Below, piece by piece: positions 34,687 to 44,525 of a DNA stretch of 52,330 bases. The notes below the pieces were generated by a model. That model was not told where the DNA came from. It searched no databases and was given only the letters and a program-made list of their open reading frames with translations. The first letter of the stretch is position 1; each line of letters opens with the position of its first letter. Source of the stretch: a virus (lineage: Duplodnaviria > Caudoviricetes); the IMG/VR virus record IMGVR_UViG_3300007735_000753, positions 1-52,330 of that record; one strand, written 5' to 3'. The position numbers and the translations under genes are program-made.

Positions 34687-35097
34687 TCAATCCAGCGTGA
34701 AGTCAAGCTCGCCCGCAGAGAACTGGGGCTGGATGCCTGAAGACACCGACAGGGACGCGCTAAGCGCCCCCGATGCAATGATCTGCCCCGTACCGCTTGT
34801 TGCAGTGCCAATCGCAACGTGCGTGATGGTGTTGGTTCCTCCGGTACACTGGGGAAACTGAATGAGGGCCGTGTTTGTTGCCGTGTTGCTCGAAACTGTC
34901 CACCCTGAGCTGTTTCGCGATACCGTGACGCGGGCATAGGATGTGTAACTGGCTTCGTTAGTGGTCTGGCTACCAGCCTCGCCCGGGTCGGATGTGTGCA
35001 AACTCACGTAAAGGCTGGAGTTTGCATTCCAACTCAGCGCTGTCGCATTAAACAGCAAAAGGCAGATATCATTTTCAGTCGTATTGCCGATTGACAT
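34687..35097 (-). CDS. Small virion (fibre-associated) protein
   Basis: LYVSLHTSDPGEAG...EASYTSYARV motif. Confidence 0.75.
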   Translation of the reverse strand: MSIGNTTENDICLLLFNATALSWNANSSLYVSLHTSDPGEAGSQTTNEASYTSYARVTVSRNSSGWTVSSNTATNTALIQFPQCTGGTNTITHVAIGTATSGTGQIIASGALSASLSVSSGIQPQFSAGELDFTLD

Positions 35098-35100
35098 TGG

Positions 35101-37653
35101 CTAACCCTTTATCTTTGCACCCGCCAGAACACCGTTCTGGTCGCGCACGAAACTGACTTCCCGCTCTGCAGGTGCCTTTGGCTCTTCCTTGGGGGCTTCG
35201 TTAAGTCCCAACACATCATCGGGTGACATCGTTCCCTTGAGCGCATCCTGGAACCCACCCATTGCCTCGGCCTTCTTCCTGAGTTCAGCCAAGGCCAAGT
35301 CCATCTTCTGGATTTCAAACTGGGCTTTCTTGTAATCAGCCTTGAGTTTGGCCCGCTCGGAGATCACCCGCGCTGGTTCGTTCGGGTCTTCGTCCTCGGT
35401 CGAAACAGGGTCTTGGGGCTTTGGCTGGTTGGCCTGCCCGATCTGCATTTCCTTGAGGCGGATGGAGGCTTCCAGTTCTCGGATACGGAGTTGGTTCTCG
35501 GTGCGACGGAACTCGATCTCCTCCGTCAGCTTCATCATGTTCTGCTGGAACTTCTGCCGGGCCTCGTTTGCACGAGCCTGCATGTCCGCCATCTTCATAT
35601 CGGCCTGAGCCTTGGCATACATTGCATCCGCCTGCGTCTTCTGGACCTCGCCGGCGGTCTTCTGCTGGAGGGCATGAGCGTCTGCGGCCAGCTTCTGCGC
35701 TTCAGCCTCGGCCTTCGGGTCTGGAGGAGGCTGCTGGGGCTGTTCCTGCGCTTGCTTCTGCATGCTCTCGGCGAGAACAATCGTTTCTTCGATGGCGCTC
35801 TCGAGCGTTCTACCCGCTCTAAACCCACGGATACCGAACTCCAGCATCTTCATCAGGAGCGGGACCAACTGCGGCGCCATCTGACCCACCTGGGCCGACT
35901 TTTCGAGGAACGGAGACACAGCCGTGAGGAACTCAACCCGGGCTTCCTTTTCCTTCTGCTGGTCAGGGGCAACGGTGGCGTCCGTTTCAATGTCAACGCG
36001 GAAGGTGCGGAGCTTGTCGGACTGAACCAACTTCACCGCTTCCATGAACTTGGCCTCCCGCGCCTGAAGTTTGGCCTGATACTCTGCCATGGCTTGGGGG
36101 TTTTGCTGTTCTTCCGGGCTCGGAGGCTGGACCCTGAATTCCTCCATCTCCGCAATGCCCGACATTTCAATGAGAGCCTCAGGCGAATAATGCTCGGACT
36201 GAATTTCCGCCATGATCTTCAGCGTGTCGCGTGCGAAACGCGCCATTTCCGCCTGACGGTCGGTAAGTCTCAGGTTTCCGAAATTTGCTTTTATCTGCTG
36301 AGCGGTGGCCGTCTCGCTTGGAGCGGATGAGCCACGAATAATGTCCGAGATTCCCGTGACCTCGTACAGATCCTGCTTGAGTTGGGCGCGGGCGTTGAAC
36401 AAACCCGTCAACACATTCTGGATCTGCTCGATCGGGAGCCAGTCGATGTTGGTCTTTAGGCCTCCCGACTGGGCAAACGCCATCCAGTTCTCGACCGGGA
36501 GCATCTCGTTCTCGTCCGTTTCGGATAGAAGGCGAGAAAGGTCCGCAGTCTCGGCGTTATACATCCCCACCACGCGCAGCGCCTTGATGAGAAGGCGGAT
36601 GCGATCCGTGATCGTATCAATCTGCTGCGCCTGGTCTTGGTAGAGGGCGTAGTCAGGGACGGGGATGAGGCTATCAGTCGTCGTCGTTCCAAAGATGGGC
36701 CTTGGAAAGGGGAAGAAGCTGGTGAGTTTGAGGGGGTCTTTTAGTCTCTTAACTGGACCTTCCTCAAATCCATCGGTGACCCAGATGACTTCGCGCTTGG
36801 ACTTGTCCCAGATTTCCCAGACTTCAGCGCAATCCGCCTTCTTCTTCGTATCCGAAGACGTATCGTCCGCTTCCTTCCCGCTGAACGTCTTGTTCAACTT
36901 GATCTTGCGGCCCATCTCGTCGCCAAAGGCCTTGATGAGTTGTGGCCGGCGCATAAGAACGCGCTTTGCACCCCACGTGACCTTGGACCAATCGTTCACA
37001 GGCTCGTGCAGGAAGTCCGACCATACCACGTGGTCGAGGGCTAACCCGTAAGCGAGGATCTGCTCCTCTGGATCGGTCTCGAAATAGAGCCCTTCCTCGT
37101 CTTCCTTGACCTTGTCAGCGGGGATCTCTTCCCCACCCTTCATGGGGCGGAAGATTGCCTGCCCCGTACCCTCAAGTTCAATCTTGGTGACGGGCTCGCG
37201 CATGGGGGCAAGGCCAATCTCAGGCGAGAAGCGCACCCAATCCACGCCACGCGCGCAGAGGAGATAATCATCCCTCACCCGCTTCATGACGTAGTCGAAG
37301 TCGCATAGTTCTTGAGCGGTTTGAAGATTACGCTCCAGGATCATTGCTGCGGTACGGCTCGTCTCATCACGATCCAGAAACCGCCGCGAGACGTTCGGCC
37401 TCGGAGTCTGGGAGTAGATGGCCGGCTGCAGGGTCTGGATATTGGACCAAAGAATATTGAGCTTGTGGCTCTGCTTGGCCTCGTCGAACGCTTCGGTTCT
37501 TTTCCTGTCGTCCTTGTAGACCTTCAGGATCTTCTTGCAGCGGTCGGAATACTCGCGGAATACCTTCTTCGCCGCGTCGAGCTCGCCCATCCATCGCTTG
37601 TAGATGGAGGCGTCTTCTTCGGACTGTCGGTTGGGCTTCTGGTTGGGGGCCAT
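35101..37653 (-). CDS. Portal protein
   Basis: 850 aa after the terminase; NILWSNIQTL, FPFPRP, EVTGISDIIRG, TATAQQIK; long C-terminal barrel coiled coil. Confidence 0.88.
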   Translation of the reverse strand: MAPNQKPNRQSEEDASIYKRWMGELDAAKKVFREYSDRCKKILKVYKDDRKRTEAFDEAKQSHKLNILWSNIQTLQPAIYSQTPRPNVSRRFLDRDETSRTAAMILERNLQTAQELCDFDYVMKRVRDDYLLCARGVDWVRFSPEIGLAPMREPVTKIELEGTGQAIFRPMKGGEEIPADKVKEDEEGLYFETDPEEQILAYGLALDHVVWSDFLHEPVNDWSKVTWGAKRVLMRRPQLIKAFGDEMGRKIKLNKTFSGKEADDTSSDTKKKADCAEVWEIWDKSKREVIWVTDGFEEGPVKRLKDPLKLTSFFPFPRPIFGTTTTDSLIPVPDYALYQDQAQQIDTITDRIRLLIKALRVVGMYNAETADLSRLLSETDENEMLPVENWMAFAQSGGLKTNIDWLPIEQIQNVLTGLFNARAQLKQDLYEVTGISDIIRGSSAPSETATAQQIKANFGNLRLTDRQAEMARFARDTLKIMAEIQSEHYSPEALIEMSGIAEMEEFRVQPPSPEEQQNPQAMAEYQAKLQAREAKFMEAVKLVQSDKLRTFRVDIETDATVAPDQQKEKEARVEFLTAVSPFLEKSAQVGQMAPQLVPLLMKMLEFGIRGFRAGRTLESAIEETIVLAESMQKQAQEQPQQPPPDPKAEAEAQKLAADAHALQQKTAGEVQKTQADAMYAKAQADMKMADMQARANEARQKFQQNMMKLTEEIEFRRTENQLRIRELEASIRLKEMQIGQANQPKPQDPVSTEDEDPNEPARVISERAKLKADYKKAQFEIQKMDLALAELRKKAEAMGGFQDALKGTMSPDDVLGLNEAPKEEPKAPAEREVSFVRDQNGVLAGAKIKG

Positions 37654-38171
37654 TAGTCAGTGCGGATCAATTCGACCAAATACGATTCCAGCGTGAGGGT
37701 ATCGCCCGTATTGGCTAATTGCCCTGTAAGCACCACCTCGCACGCACTCGTTGTGGTGATGGAGGACGTAGCCCATGCAACAGCCGCAGGAGACCACCCA
37801 CCCGCGCCGTTTCCTGTGTCACCGATCTGGGATGATGCGGAATTTCGATTGGCGATCTGCGTATGCGTCTTCCAGTTCGTATTCGTGGATTGCACGATGG
37901 CAGTAAAAAGCGAGCCACTCGTACCAGCGCCACTTGCGCCAAAACGCACCCGGGCCGTTTTGCTGTTTCCGCTGTTGTTGTTTGCCCAGTACGCCCAAAC
38001 GCGGATGATGCCATTCAACCCCATCATGCCAGCAGGAATAGGTATGGTGGCCAAAGCAGTCTCTGAAACCGTATTTGTCACCGACCGTCCGGTAGACGCA
38101 GATGCCCCCAACACAAGATGGGTCTGCTCGTAGGGGCCGCGCCCTCCCGCAATCGTGGTTACTGCTGTCAT
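37653..38171 (-). CDS. Putative virion protein
   Basis: GAGG SD; Ser/Thr/Gly-rich beta protein coupled to the portal gene. Confidence 0.65.
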   Translation of the reverse strand: MTAVTTIAGGRGPYEQTHLVLGASASTGRSVTNTVSETALATIPIPAGMMGLNGIIRVWAYWANNNSGNSKTARVRFGASGAGTSGSLFTAIVQSTNTNWKTHTQIANRNSASSQIGDTGNGAGGWSPAAVAWATSSITTTSACEVVLTGQLANTGDTLTLESYLVELIRTD

Positions 38172-38335
38172 GTTTCACTACCTCGTTCAGTTGCGACGGC
38201 GGCTGTCAGGAAAAGTGGGAAAACCCTTCACTGATTGTCGTTCCTGCGCTTCACGCCGCCGCAATTCGGTCAAAATTGGAGTATGTTAATTCCCTCACCG
38301 CAGCCCCTCACCGGGCCAGACAGGAGGAAATAGAG

Positions 38336-38524
38336 ATGAAGAAACTTGTTCTCGCTGCCATCGCAGCCTCAGCCATCACCGCCCCCGCTTGGGCAGCGAC
38401 TGCATTCCTGGTGCGCGAATACACGACCGGACAGACCAAGACGTGCATCTATCAATTTCTTGGAAGCGAATACGCCCGCACCATCAAGGCGTATCAGATG
38501 TGCCCGTATTCGATTAAGGTCTAG
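38336..38524 (+). CDS. Opposite-strand small secreted protein (moron)
   Basis: AGGAGG SD; Sec signal MKKLVLAAIAASAITAPAWA; two Cys in the 42-aa mature part. Confidence 0.75.
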   Translation: MKKLVLAAIAASAITAPAWAATAFLVREYTTGQTKTCIYQFLGSEYARTIKAYQMCPYSIKV

Positions 38525-39978
38525 AGCCGGCTGTCGGGCTTCGCTTGCTTCTTCCAAAGCTGGTTGAGCGACATGCTGTCTAGCCCCTTCAATGGGACAT
38601 CACCCTTCGGCACCGGCTTGGTCCATGGACGAGACGCACACGCATAACGTGTCTCGTCACAGGCGTGGTCTTCACTGTTGGTGTCGAGGTCTTCTACCCT
38701 TGCCGCCTCGTGCTGAACCAATGGCCTGGTGCGAATCGTATCCCGGCACGTATCAAAGAAAACAATCATGGGCCGATCTGGAGCCTCACCATCAAGTCGA
38801 TGGCGCACCAGATCCCAGCCAGCAATATGTCCAAGAGAGCCAACACGCTTATTGTCTGCGGGTCGGAAGGATATCTCATAGGGCTTGTACCTAAGCCGCT
38901 CGGCTATGGAGGGACCACCATCATGGGCAAAGGCGGCGGGGTCTAGTACCCCGTAGTCAATCCGGTCTAGTGCTTCACGCTCTGAAATACCTCGAGCAAC
39001 GTCTTGTGCTGTAAGTTTAAGACCGACGTTTGGACTGCTTGCACCGTACCATTCTCGATATTTAACAAGTCCACCACGAGGCAACGTCCTTCCGTCGCCA
39101 AGAGGATAGTCGTCTGAAGCCACAGCGTACCATCCGACACAGAAAGGCGCGGCTGATCCCCAATCCATTGATCTGAAGCGAGTCCACTGACGGGGCACTT
39201 CGAACGGTCTGACAATGTGCCTCGCTGTGCTGAAGTTGTCGAAGAACGCGCCCTCGATGACCGCCCAGTCACCCTCCAGCCAGGCTCTGACTAATTCCTT
39301 CGAGCCGGAGAGTTTCAATCTCTCGACGTACTCGGGGTCATTAGTGATGAGAGCCGTGTTGTCCGTCACCCGTGCAGGGATGAATAGTCTCTCTTTACGC
39401 CCCGCCTCATCCTCAATTGGGATCATGCCTTGGGGCGCGGGGTCGATGTATCTGTGCTTGACCCAGTGATGACCGGGCCCGCCCGGATTGGCCGTGGCTC
39501 TGAACCCCACCGGCACGCCGGCAGCAGACCTGAGCGTCGCCTTCATTTTGTCCGGGGCTCGAGGGCTTGGCCAGTTGGTCAGCTCTTCGAGATACACTCT
39601 TGAAAAGAACTGCCCCTGATATTTCTCAGCGTCCCGATCTTCTTCCAGAGGGCGAAATCGCAGGATCGAACCGTTCGGGCTCGTCCATTGCCGCTCCATC
39701 TTGTGGAACGACCAGCCCATGGGGCCGAAGATCTGGTGGCTGCGGTCGATTAAGGAATCGGCCTGTGGCATTTCACGACGCATAAAAACGCCGCGCGCGT
39801 TCGGGCCGTAGTCCTTGGCGTGCAAGGCGAATTCGCCCAAGCAAGCGTCAGTCTTGCCCCCACCTCGAGCGCCGCCTAGCAATATGTCGAAGAAGAACTT
39901 TGCGTTTACAAAGGCTTCTTGAGGACCAGCCTGGGGGCGCCAAGCGTATTCCTCAATCTTCTCTGGCTTGGGGGCCAT
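38521..39978 (-). CDS. terL: Terminase large subunit
   Basis: Walker A GGARGGGKT, Walker B VYLEE, TANPGG, nuclease SMDWG and DHACD. Confidence 0.95.
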   Translation of the reverse strand: MAPKPEKIEEYAWRPQAGPQEAFVNAKFFFDILLGGARGGGKTDACLGEFALHAKDYGPNARGVFMRREMPQADSLIDRSHQIFGPMGWSFHKMERQWTSPNGSILRFRPLEEDRDAEKYQGQFFSRVYLEELTNWPSPRAPDKMKATLRSAAGVPVGFRATANPGGPGHHWVKHRYIDPAPQGMIPIEDEAGRKERLFIPARVTDNTALITNDPEYVERLKLSGSKELVRAWLEGDWAVIEGAFFDNFSTARHIVRPFEVPRQWTRFRSMDWGSAAPFCVGWYAVASDDYPLGDGRTLPRGGLVKYREWYGASSPNVGLKLTAQDVARGISEREALDRIDYGVLDPAAFAHDGGPSIAERLRYKPYEISFRPADNKRVGSLGHIAGWDLVRHRLDGEAPDRPMIVFFDTCRDTIRTRPLVQHEAARVEDLDTNSEDHACDETRYACASRPWTKPVPKGDVPLKGLDSMSLNQLWKKQAKPDSRL

Positions 39979-40426
39979 TGCCGAACTGCGCCATCCAGCG
40001 AGCCTGTTCCTCTTCCTTCGTCAGTGGCTTGTCAGTGACGGTCTTGAACGTGTTCGTCTGGTTGACGTTGATCTGGTCGCCGTACTTGCGGGGAGCGCGA
40101 CGCGCTGCGACCCACTTGTGAATGTCTGCCATCACTCGGGCGCGGTCTGCGCTCAGGACTTCGTTGCGTACATCCTCGCCGATATCGGACAGGTAATCCG
40201 CCGAATAGTCGCCCTGATATTCACGCGCCGCTACGTATTTGTTTCTAAATTCCTCGATGTTGAGGATCCAGCGGTAGATGGCGACGCGCTTTGGCATGCC
40301 TGCCATCTGGCAAATCTTGTTCAGAGACATACCGTCCATCAATAGCTCGCAGATCGTTTCAGCAAGCTCGGGCGTGTAATCGGTTGGGCGACCAACCTTT
40401 CTCTTCTCTGGTGTTTCGGTAGTCAT
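39953..40426 (-). CDS. terS: Terminase small subunit
   Basis: GRPTDYTPELAETIC HTH and KWVAARRAPRKYGD; directly upstream of terL. Confidence 0.88.
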   Translation of the reverse strand: MTTETPEKRKVGRPTDYTPELAETICELLMDGMSLNKICQMAGMPKRVAIYRWILNIEEFRNKYVAAREYQGDYSADYLSDIGEDVRNEVLSADRARVMADIHKWVAARRAPRKYGDQINVNQTNTFKTVTDKPLTKEEEQARWMAQFGNGPQARED

Positions 40427-40556
40427 AGTCTTCCCTCTTGGCTTGCACGCGGTGGTGTGCCGTTCGGTTATTGGTCTGTAGGGGGATTGAGTTGGGGGGC
40501 TGGGTTAGCAGCCTTTCCCTTTCTTCTTCTTTGCCATTTGCTGTCCCTCGAACACG

Positions 40557-40584
40557 AAAAAAGCCCCGATCTTTCGACCAGGGC
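40557..40584 (-). terminator. Intrinsic terminator in the late leader
   Basis: GCCCTGGTC-GAAA-GATCGGGGC followed by T6 on the - strand. Confidence 0.75.
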
Positions 40585-40732
40585 CTGAAGTTTATTTGGG
40601 AGGAAACGCCTAGTTGATACGAACTAGACCGACGTGCGAACCGATTTGAGACGCAAATCGAGCACTACCGAAAAAGTACCATAGAGCATTTTGTAGTTAC
40701 AATAGCGCAATCGTTAAACGGAATAAGTTCCG

Positions 40733-41254
40733 TCATCGCATCAACCCGTAATGCTTGGCGAGTGCTTCCGTGCATTTGGATAGGAGCACGAGTGCGTCAT
40801 TGGGAGAGCCATATCCTTCGTGCATGAAGTATCTCCCGGCCGGTCTTCCATCAACAGCAACCGCATCCACCAGCTTGACGGAGTAGCGTCCGGTCTTGGA
40901 GAGGAAGTCAATCGCATGGGTTCTCCTTGCTTGGGCGGCTAGTCTCAAGTCGCTGATCTCGGACTGACCACCCGTTACCTGCTGGGCATAGGACCCAATA
41001 CAAGCCGGCATGATCCCGCTCAGATACGCATCCGCCTGCCACTTGCGAAGCGCATCTGCTTGGGTGCGGGAGAGGTAGTGCCGTCTGACATACCACTCCA
41101 GATTATCCTCGATCCTTACCCTTTTCGACGCGCGGTTGTTCGGGTCGGTTTGCTCGATAACGTGGAACGCTTGGCGCCTGGCTTCCGGGGTGCCGAAGTC
41201 TGGCGTGACGGTTTCGACTGCTTCCTGCTCTTCCGGTTTCTTTCTGCCAGCCAC
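40733..41254 (-). CDS. Putative late-gene regulator (Q position)
   Basis: Last gene before the late leader; C-terminal LAKHYG. Confidence 0.55.
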   Translation of the reverse strand: MAGRKKPEEQEAVETVTPDFGTPEARRQAFHVIEQTDPNNRASKRVRIEDNLEWYVRRHYLSRTQADALRKWQADAYLSGIMPACIGSYAQQVTGGQSEISDLRLAAQARRTHAIDFLSKTGRYSVKLVDAVAVDGRPAGRYFMHEGYGSPNDALVLLSKCTEALAKHYGLMR

Positions 41255-41406
41255 GAATTGAACTCCTTCGCTGTCGCTTCCGCGCCTTGAGTTGCTTTCT
41301 GTCGGGTTGAGTAGAGTTCTGCACTGTCCGAAATCACCTCCCCATTGGAGGCCCTACACGTCCAGAACCATTTCCCGTTTGGTGTCTTCCAGACATCAAC
41401 CGGCAT
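41116..41406 (-). CDS. YegP/DUF1508-like protein
   Basis: GKWFWTCRASNGEVISDSAELYSTRQKA. Confidence 0.65.
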   Translation of the reverse strand: MPVDVWKTPNGKWFWTCRASNGEVISDSAELYSTRQKATQGAEATAKEFNSWLAERNRKSRKQSKPSRQTSAPRKPGAKRSTLSSKPTRTTARRKG

Positions 41407-41635
41407 GGCCACTTCCGTTCATGAGAGGTAAGTCGCTGGAATTGGTCGAGCCGTTTAAATGCGTTTCTAGGGCAGTTTGTGTCCGAGCCTTCCTCGGGGT
41501 GCTGACTTTAGGTTTCGCCCGTGTGGAGTCAATTTTGACCCCATTACCGGCGAGTAGCGCGTGGAGGTTGGCCGCCTTCTGATACGGCGTGAGGGAGTGG
41601 TCCTGAACAATGTTAAGAATGTCTTCAAAAACCAT
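41396..41635 (-). CDS. Hypothetical protein
   Basis: AAGGA SD. Confidence 0.6.
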   Translation of the reverse strand: MVFEDILNIVQDHSLTPYQKAANLHALLAGNGVKIDSTRAKPKVSTPRKARTQTALETHLNGSTNSSDLPLMNGSGHAG

Positions 41636-41675
41636 TGATTATATTCCTTCTGGTTGCTCGGTGGGGTGGTTGCAA

Positions 41676-42395
41676 TTACGCAGGCTGGAGGCCAGTCCGC
41701 GCGGTGTAGTCCTCGAGGTACTGGCGGTACTCGGGGGAGTTCGAAATCTCGGTGAAGTTCCCAAGCTGGAACCCGCCGTACTTGGCCCCAATCTCGGAGA
41801 TGCGCTTGAGCCCCTCGCGGTCCTGGGTCCAGTCCCGCCTCTTGCGCGGCATCGGCATCACGACGGTCTGTGGTCCCTTGGGGGCTTCCCACCCTGATGC
41901 CTCGTGCGGGTAGCAGACCTTGCGCCCCCTGCCCTCGCTCGTCGGGGTCATGGCCTTGTCAGCCGCCCGGAGCAAATTCTCGATCCGCTCCCAGTCCTTG
42001 AACTCGGGGGCTGCACCTGCCTGCTCGGCAATCACAGATTCCCAGCCCGGGTTGTGCATCACGGAACGAATGAGCCTCGAGATCATTACCTTGTCGCCGG
42101 GATGCTGTGACTTGTAGATTTCACTCAAGCCCAACTCGGACAGGATGGTTTCTTCCGTGCCACTCGCAACCGACGCTTTGGGTTTTCCCGCTTTGGCTTT
42201 CGCGGCCTTGAGGGTCTTGATGTCAATGGACCGGGCCCCGCTCATGCCGTTGGTGAGCGAGTTCACAACCTCGGACCGCTCGTCGTGGGTCCATGAATCC
42301 AATTCCTCGAGAACCAGCGGCCTCCAGGTTTCGCGTGGGGTGAATGATTTCGGCCAGAGGCCAACCAGTTTGGAAAATGCTTCAAGCGTGTCCAT
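41676..42395 (-). CDS. Hypothetical protein (possible helicase loader position)
   Basis: Follows the replication initiator; GGAG SD. Confidence 0.6.
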   Translation of the reverse strand: MDTLEAFSKLVGLWPKSFTPRETWRPLVLEELDSWTHDERSEVVNSLTNGMSGARSIDIKTLKAAKAKAGKPKASVASGTEETILSELGLSEIYKSQHPGDKVMISRLIRSVMHNPGWESVIAEQAGAAPEFKDWERIENLLRAADKAMTPTSEGRGRKVCYPHEASGWEAPKGPQTVVMPMPRKRRDWTQDREGLKRISEIGAKYGGFQLGNFTEISNSPEYRQYLEDYTARTGLQPA

Positions 42396-43323
42396 TGGCG
42401 TTGCTCCGCTCGTAGGTCTGTTCAATCACTTTGGAAAAATTGGAGGGCTTGATGAACCAGTCGAAGTTGGCCCTCCACTGCCGGTCATTTCGGCCCGTGA
42501 GGAAGGGCTGGGCCCTGATGGCATTCACCGCCGCGAACCACTCCCCGAGGGAGCCAATCTCCCTGAGCCTTGCCGACAGGTGCTTGGATCTCTCCCGGGT
42601 CAAAGCCCTGACTTCAGGCAGGCCAAGCTCGCCGGCTGCCTTGTCATTCCAGAACCTGGCCGCAATCTGGAGATCAACCGACTTGGGCCAGCCATCAGTC
42701 TCGGTGGGGTCTGTAGGGGTCAGGTCAATCCAGTTGGTCCCGATGGGCTCAATCTGATCATCGGCCTGTTTTGATTTCGAGGGGGATGGTTGAGCTTGCT
42801 CAACGACTACTCCCTCTTCTCCTTTCCTTTCCCCTTCCTTTCCTTTCCTTTCCGGGAAGTAGCCCTCCCGTAGGGGTGTGGGAGTGGTGGTGTAGTTGTC
42901 ATTGACTGAGTCAGAAAACTCAGCGTAGTTCACACCCATGCGTGACGAGTAAGTGCTTGGATTATCACCCAATTTCCAACCCGGGATCACAGGCTTGGAT
43001 GGCTTGTTAATGACCTGGTGCTTGGCAAAATTGGTGATGAACAGATACTGCCTCGGGTCATCATCGTTGGGCGCGTAACTGAAGATTGACACCAGTCCAC
43101 GAGGGAGCAATTCCTCCACCAGACAATTCTTTACTGTTCCGGTAGTGGTGTCGGAGTGATACGGGAGTATCTTGGCGCGCCATTCGACGGGGCTGAATTC
43201 CAGCACGCCGTAGTCATCGGAGTGGTTCAGCAAACCGAGCAGTAGGCACTTGGAGGTCTCAGTCAGAGTTCCCGTCTTGGCATCCGTCCAGAACTCCGGC
43301 TTGATGGTTCTAATTCGCGCCAC
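42382..43323 (-). CDS. Phage replication initiator
   Basis: (M)ARIRTIKPEFW, NFAKHQVINKPS, purine-rich linker, WRANFDWFIKPSNFSKVIE. Confidence 0.85.
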   Translation of the reverse strand: MARIRTIKPEFWTDAKTGTLTETSKCLLLGLLNHSDDYGVLEFSPVEWRAKILPYHSDTTTGTVKNCLVEELLPRGLVSIFSYAPNDDDPRQYLFITNFAKHQVINKPSKPVIPGWKLGDNPSTYSSRMGVNYAEFSDSVNDNYTTTPTPLREGYFPERKGKEGERKGEEGVVVEQAQPSPSKSKQADDQIEPIGTNWIDLTPTDPTETDGWPKSVDLQIAARFWNDKAAGELGLPEVRALTRERSKHLSARLREIGSLGEWFAAVNAIRAQPFLTGRNDRQWRANFDWFIKPSNFSKVIEQTYERSNANGHA

Positions 43324-43636
43324 TGATACCCCCTGACTTGAACTTGGAAACCATGGAGTAGCCAATGCCGTGATGGGTCCTGATTTCCCATCCCGGGAGG
43401 AGTTTTCTCAGATGGCAGATGTGGGTCTTAACCACGTCTTGAGTTGGCCAATGGCGCTCATCCCTTTCGCCATACAGCGTGTCCCAAATCACCCGATGGG
43501 TAACGATCCGCTCATTGGCATTCTTGAGCAGCCAGAACATGGCTCTGTGGGTCATGGTGAGCTTCCCCTCAGAGCCTGGGATGTCGGCCATCAGGGTTTC
43601 GAATTCAGGCAATGTAGCGACGGCTGTCTCACGCAT
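43310..43636 (-). CDS. Winged-helix protein (OmpR/PhoB C-terminal-like)
   Basis: VVKTHICHLRKLL...IRTHHGIGY. Confidence 0.75.
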   Translation of the reverse strand: MRETAVATLPEFETLMADIPGSEGKLTMTHRAMFWLLKNANERIVTHRVIWDTLYGERDERHWPTQDVVKTHICHLRKLLPGWEIRTHHGIGYSMVSKFKSGGISGAN

Positions 43637-44525
43637 GGGCAGCCACCCCGGAGAACAGGTCCCCCCCAATCGCCTCGCGCTGCTGCAGGTGTCGGCAAGC
43701 GTGCTTCCAGTAGTTTTCCTTAAGCTCAATACCCATGAACTTGCGGCCAAGCTTCAGGCTGCACACGCCCTCTGATCCAATGCCGAGGAACGGGCTCAAT
43801 ACGTGGTCGCCGGGGTTGGACCACATCACGAGAGCGCGCTCGATGAGATCCAACTGGAGCGGGCACATGTGGCGCTCGTCCTGGCTTTCCCTTGCCATTG
43901 CCACATTCAGCGTATTGGTCTGCTTGATATCCATCCAGACCGGGCTCGCCCACTTCTGCCACTGCTCGACCGGGAACTCTGCCGGCTTGTGGCCTACGGG
44001 GCGGTCATTGTCTCCAGGCGCCCTGAACACACACAGATAGTCAGGCATCCCCATGCGGGACCGGCAGCTATCCTTCTGCAATTGCTTGTAAAGAAGACCA
44101 AGCGCCTTGGTCCTGGTCATCTCCACCACTGGATCACGCCAGATGGTAACGCGGGAGTGAAACACCCAACCGGCCTCGACGTGGGCGCGGATGATCTCGC
44201 CGGGGAAGTCCTTTAGCCCAATCACCCCGTCCTTCCACTTCGAAGATGGAAGCTCTGAGCAATGGACAGCACTAATCCTTCCCGGCCTTGTGATCCTGAG
44301 CTTCTCCTTGATGAGAAATCGATAGTGCTCAAAGAACTCATCGTTCGATGCGCAGTTCCCCATATCCGCCTCACTGTCCGAATAGACAAACAGATTGGCA
44401 AAGGGCGGGCTGTAGATTGAGAAGTCGATGCACTTGTCTGGGAGTTGACGTACGACATCGACGCAATCCCCGTTATAAGCAGTCCAGTTGTCACCGTGCA
44501 TTTCGTTCAAGCAGCGTATAGCCAT
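43629..44525 (-). CDS. N4-cytosine/N6-adenine DNA methyltransferase (beta class)
   Basis: SPPF near the N-terminus; HMCPL and PFLGIGSEG near the C-terminus. Confidence 0.9.
   Translation of the reverse strand: MAIRCLNEMHGDNWTAYNGDCVDVVRQLPDKCIDFSIYSPPFANLFVYSDSEADMGNCASNDEFFEHYRFLIKEKLRITRPGRISAVHCSELPSSKWKDGVIGLKDFPGEIIRAHVEAGWVFHSRVTIWRDPVVEMTRTKALGLLYKQLQKDSCRSRMGMPDYLCVFRAPGDNDRPVGHKPAEFPVEQWQKWASPVWMDIKQTNTLNVAMARESQDERHMCPLQLDLIERALVMWSNPGDHVLSPFLGIGSEGVCSLKLGRKFMGIELKENYWKHACRHLQQREAIGGDLFSGVAAHA

Noticed and set aside
42810-42900. Pyrimidine-rich TTTCC repeats as replication iterons
   Set aside because: They encode the low-complexity ERKGKEGERKGEEG linker; an origin may lie nearby, but clear iterons could not be defined by eye
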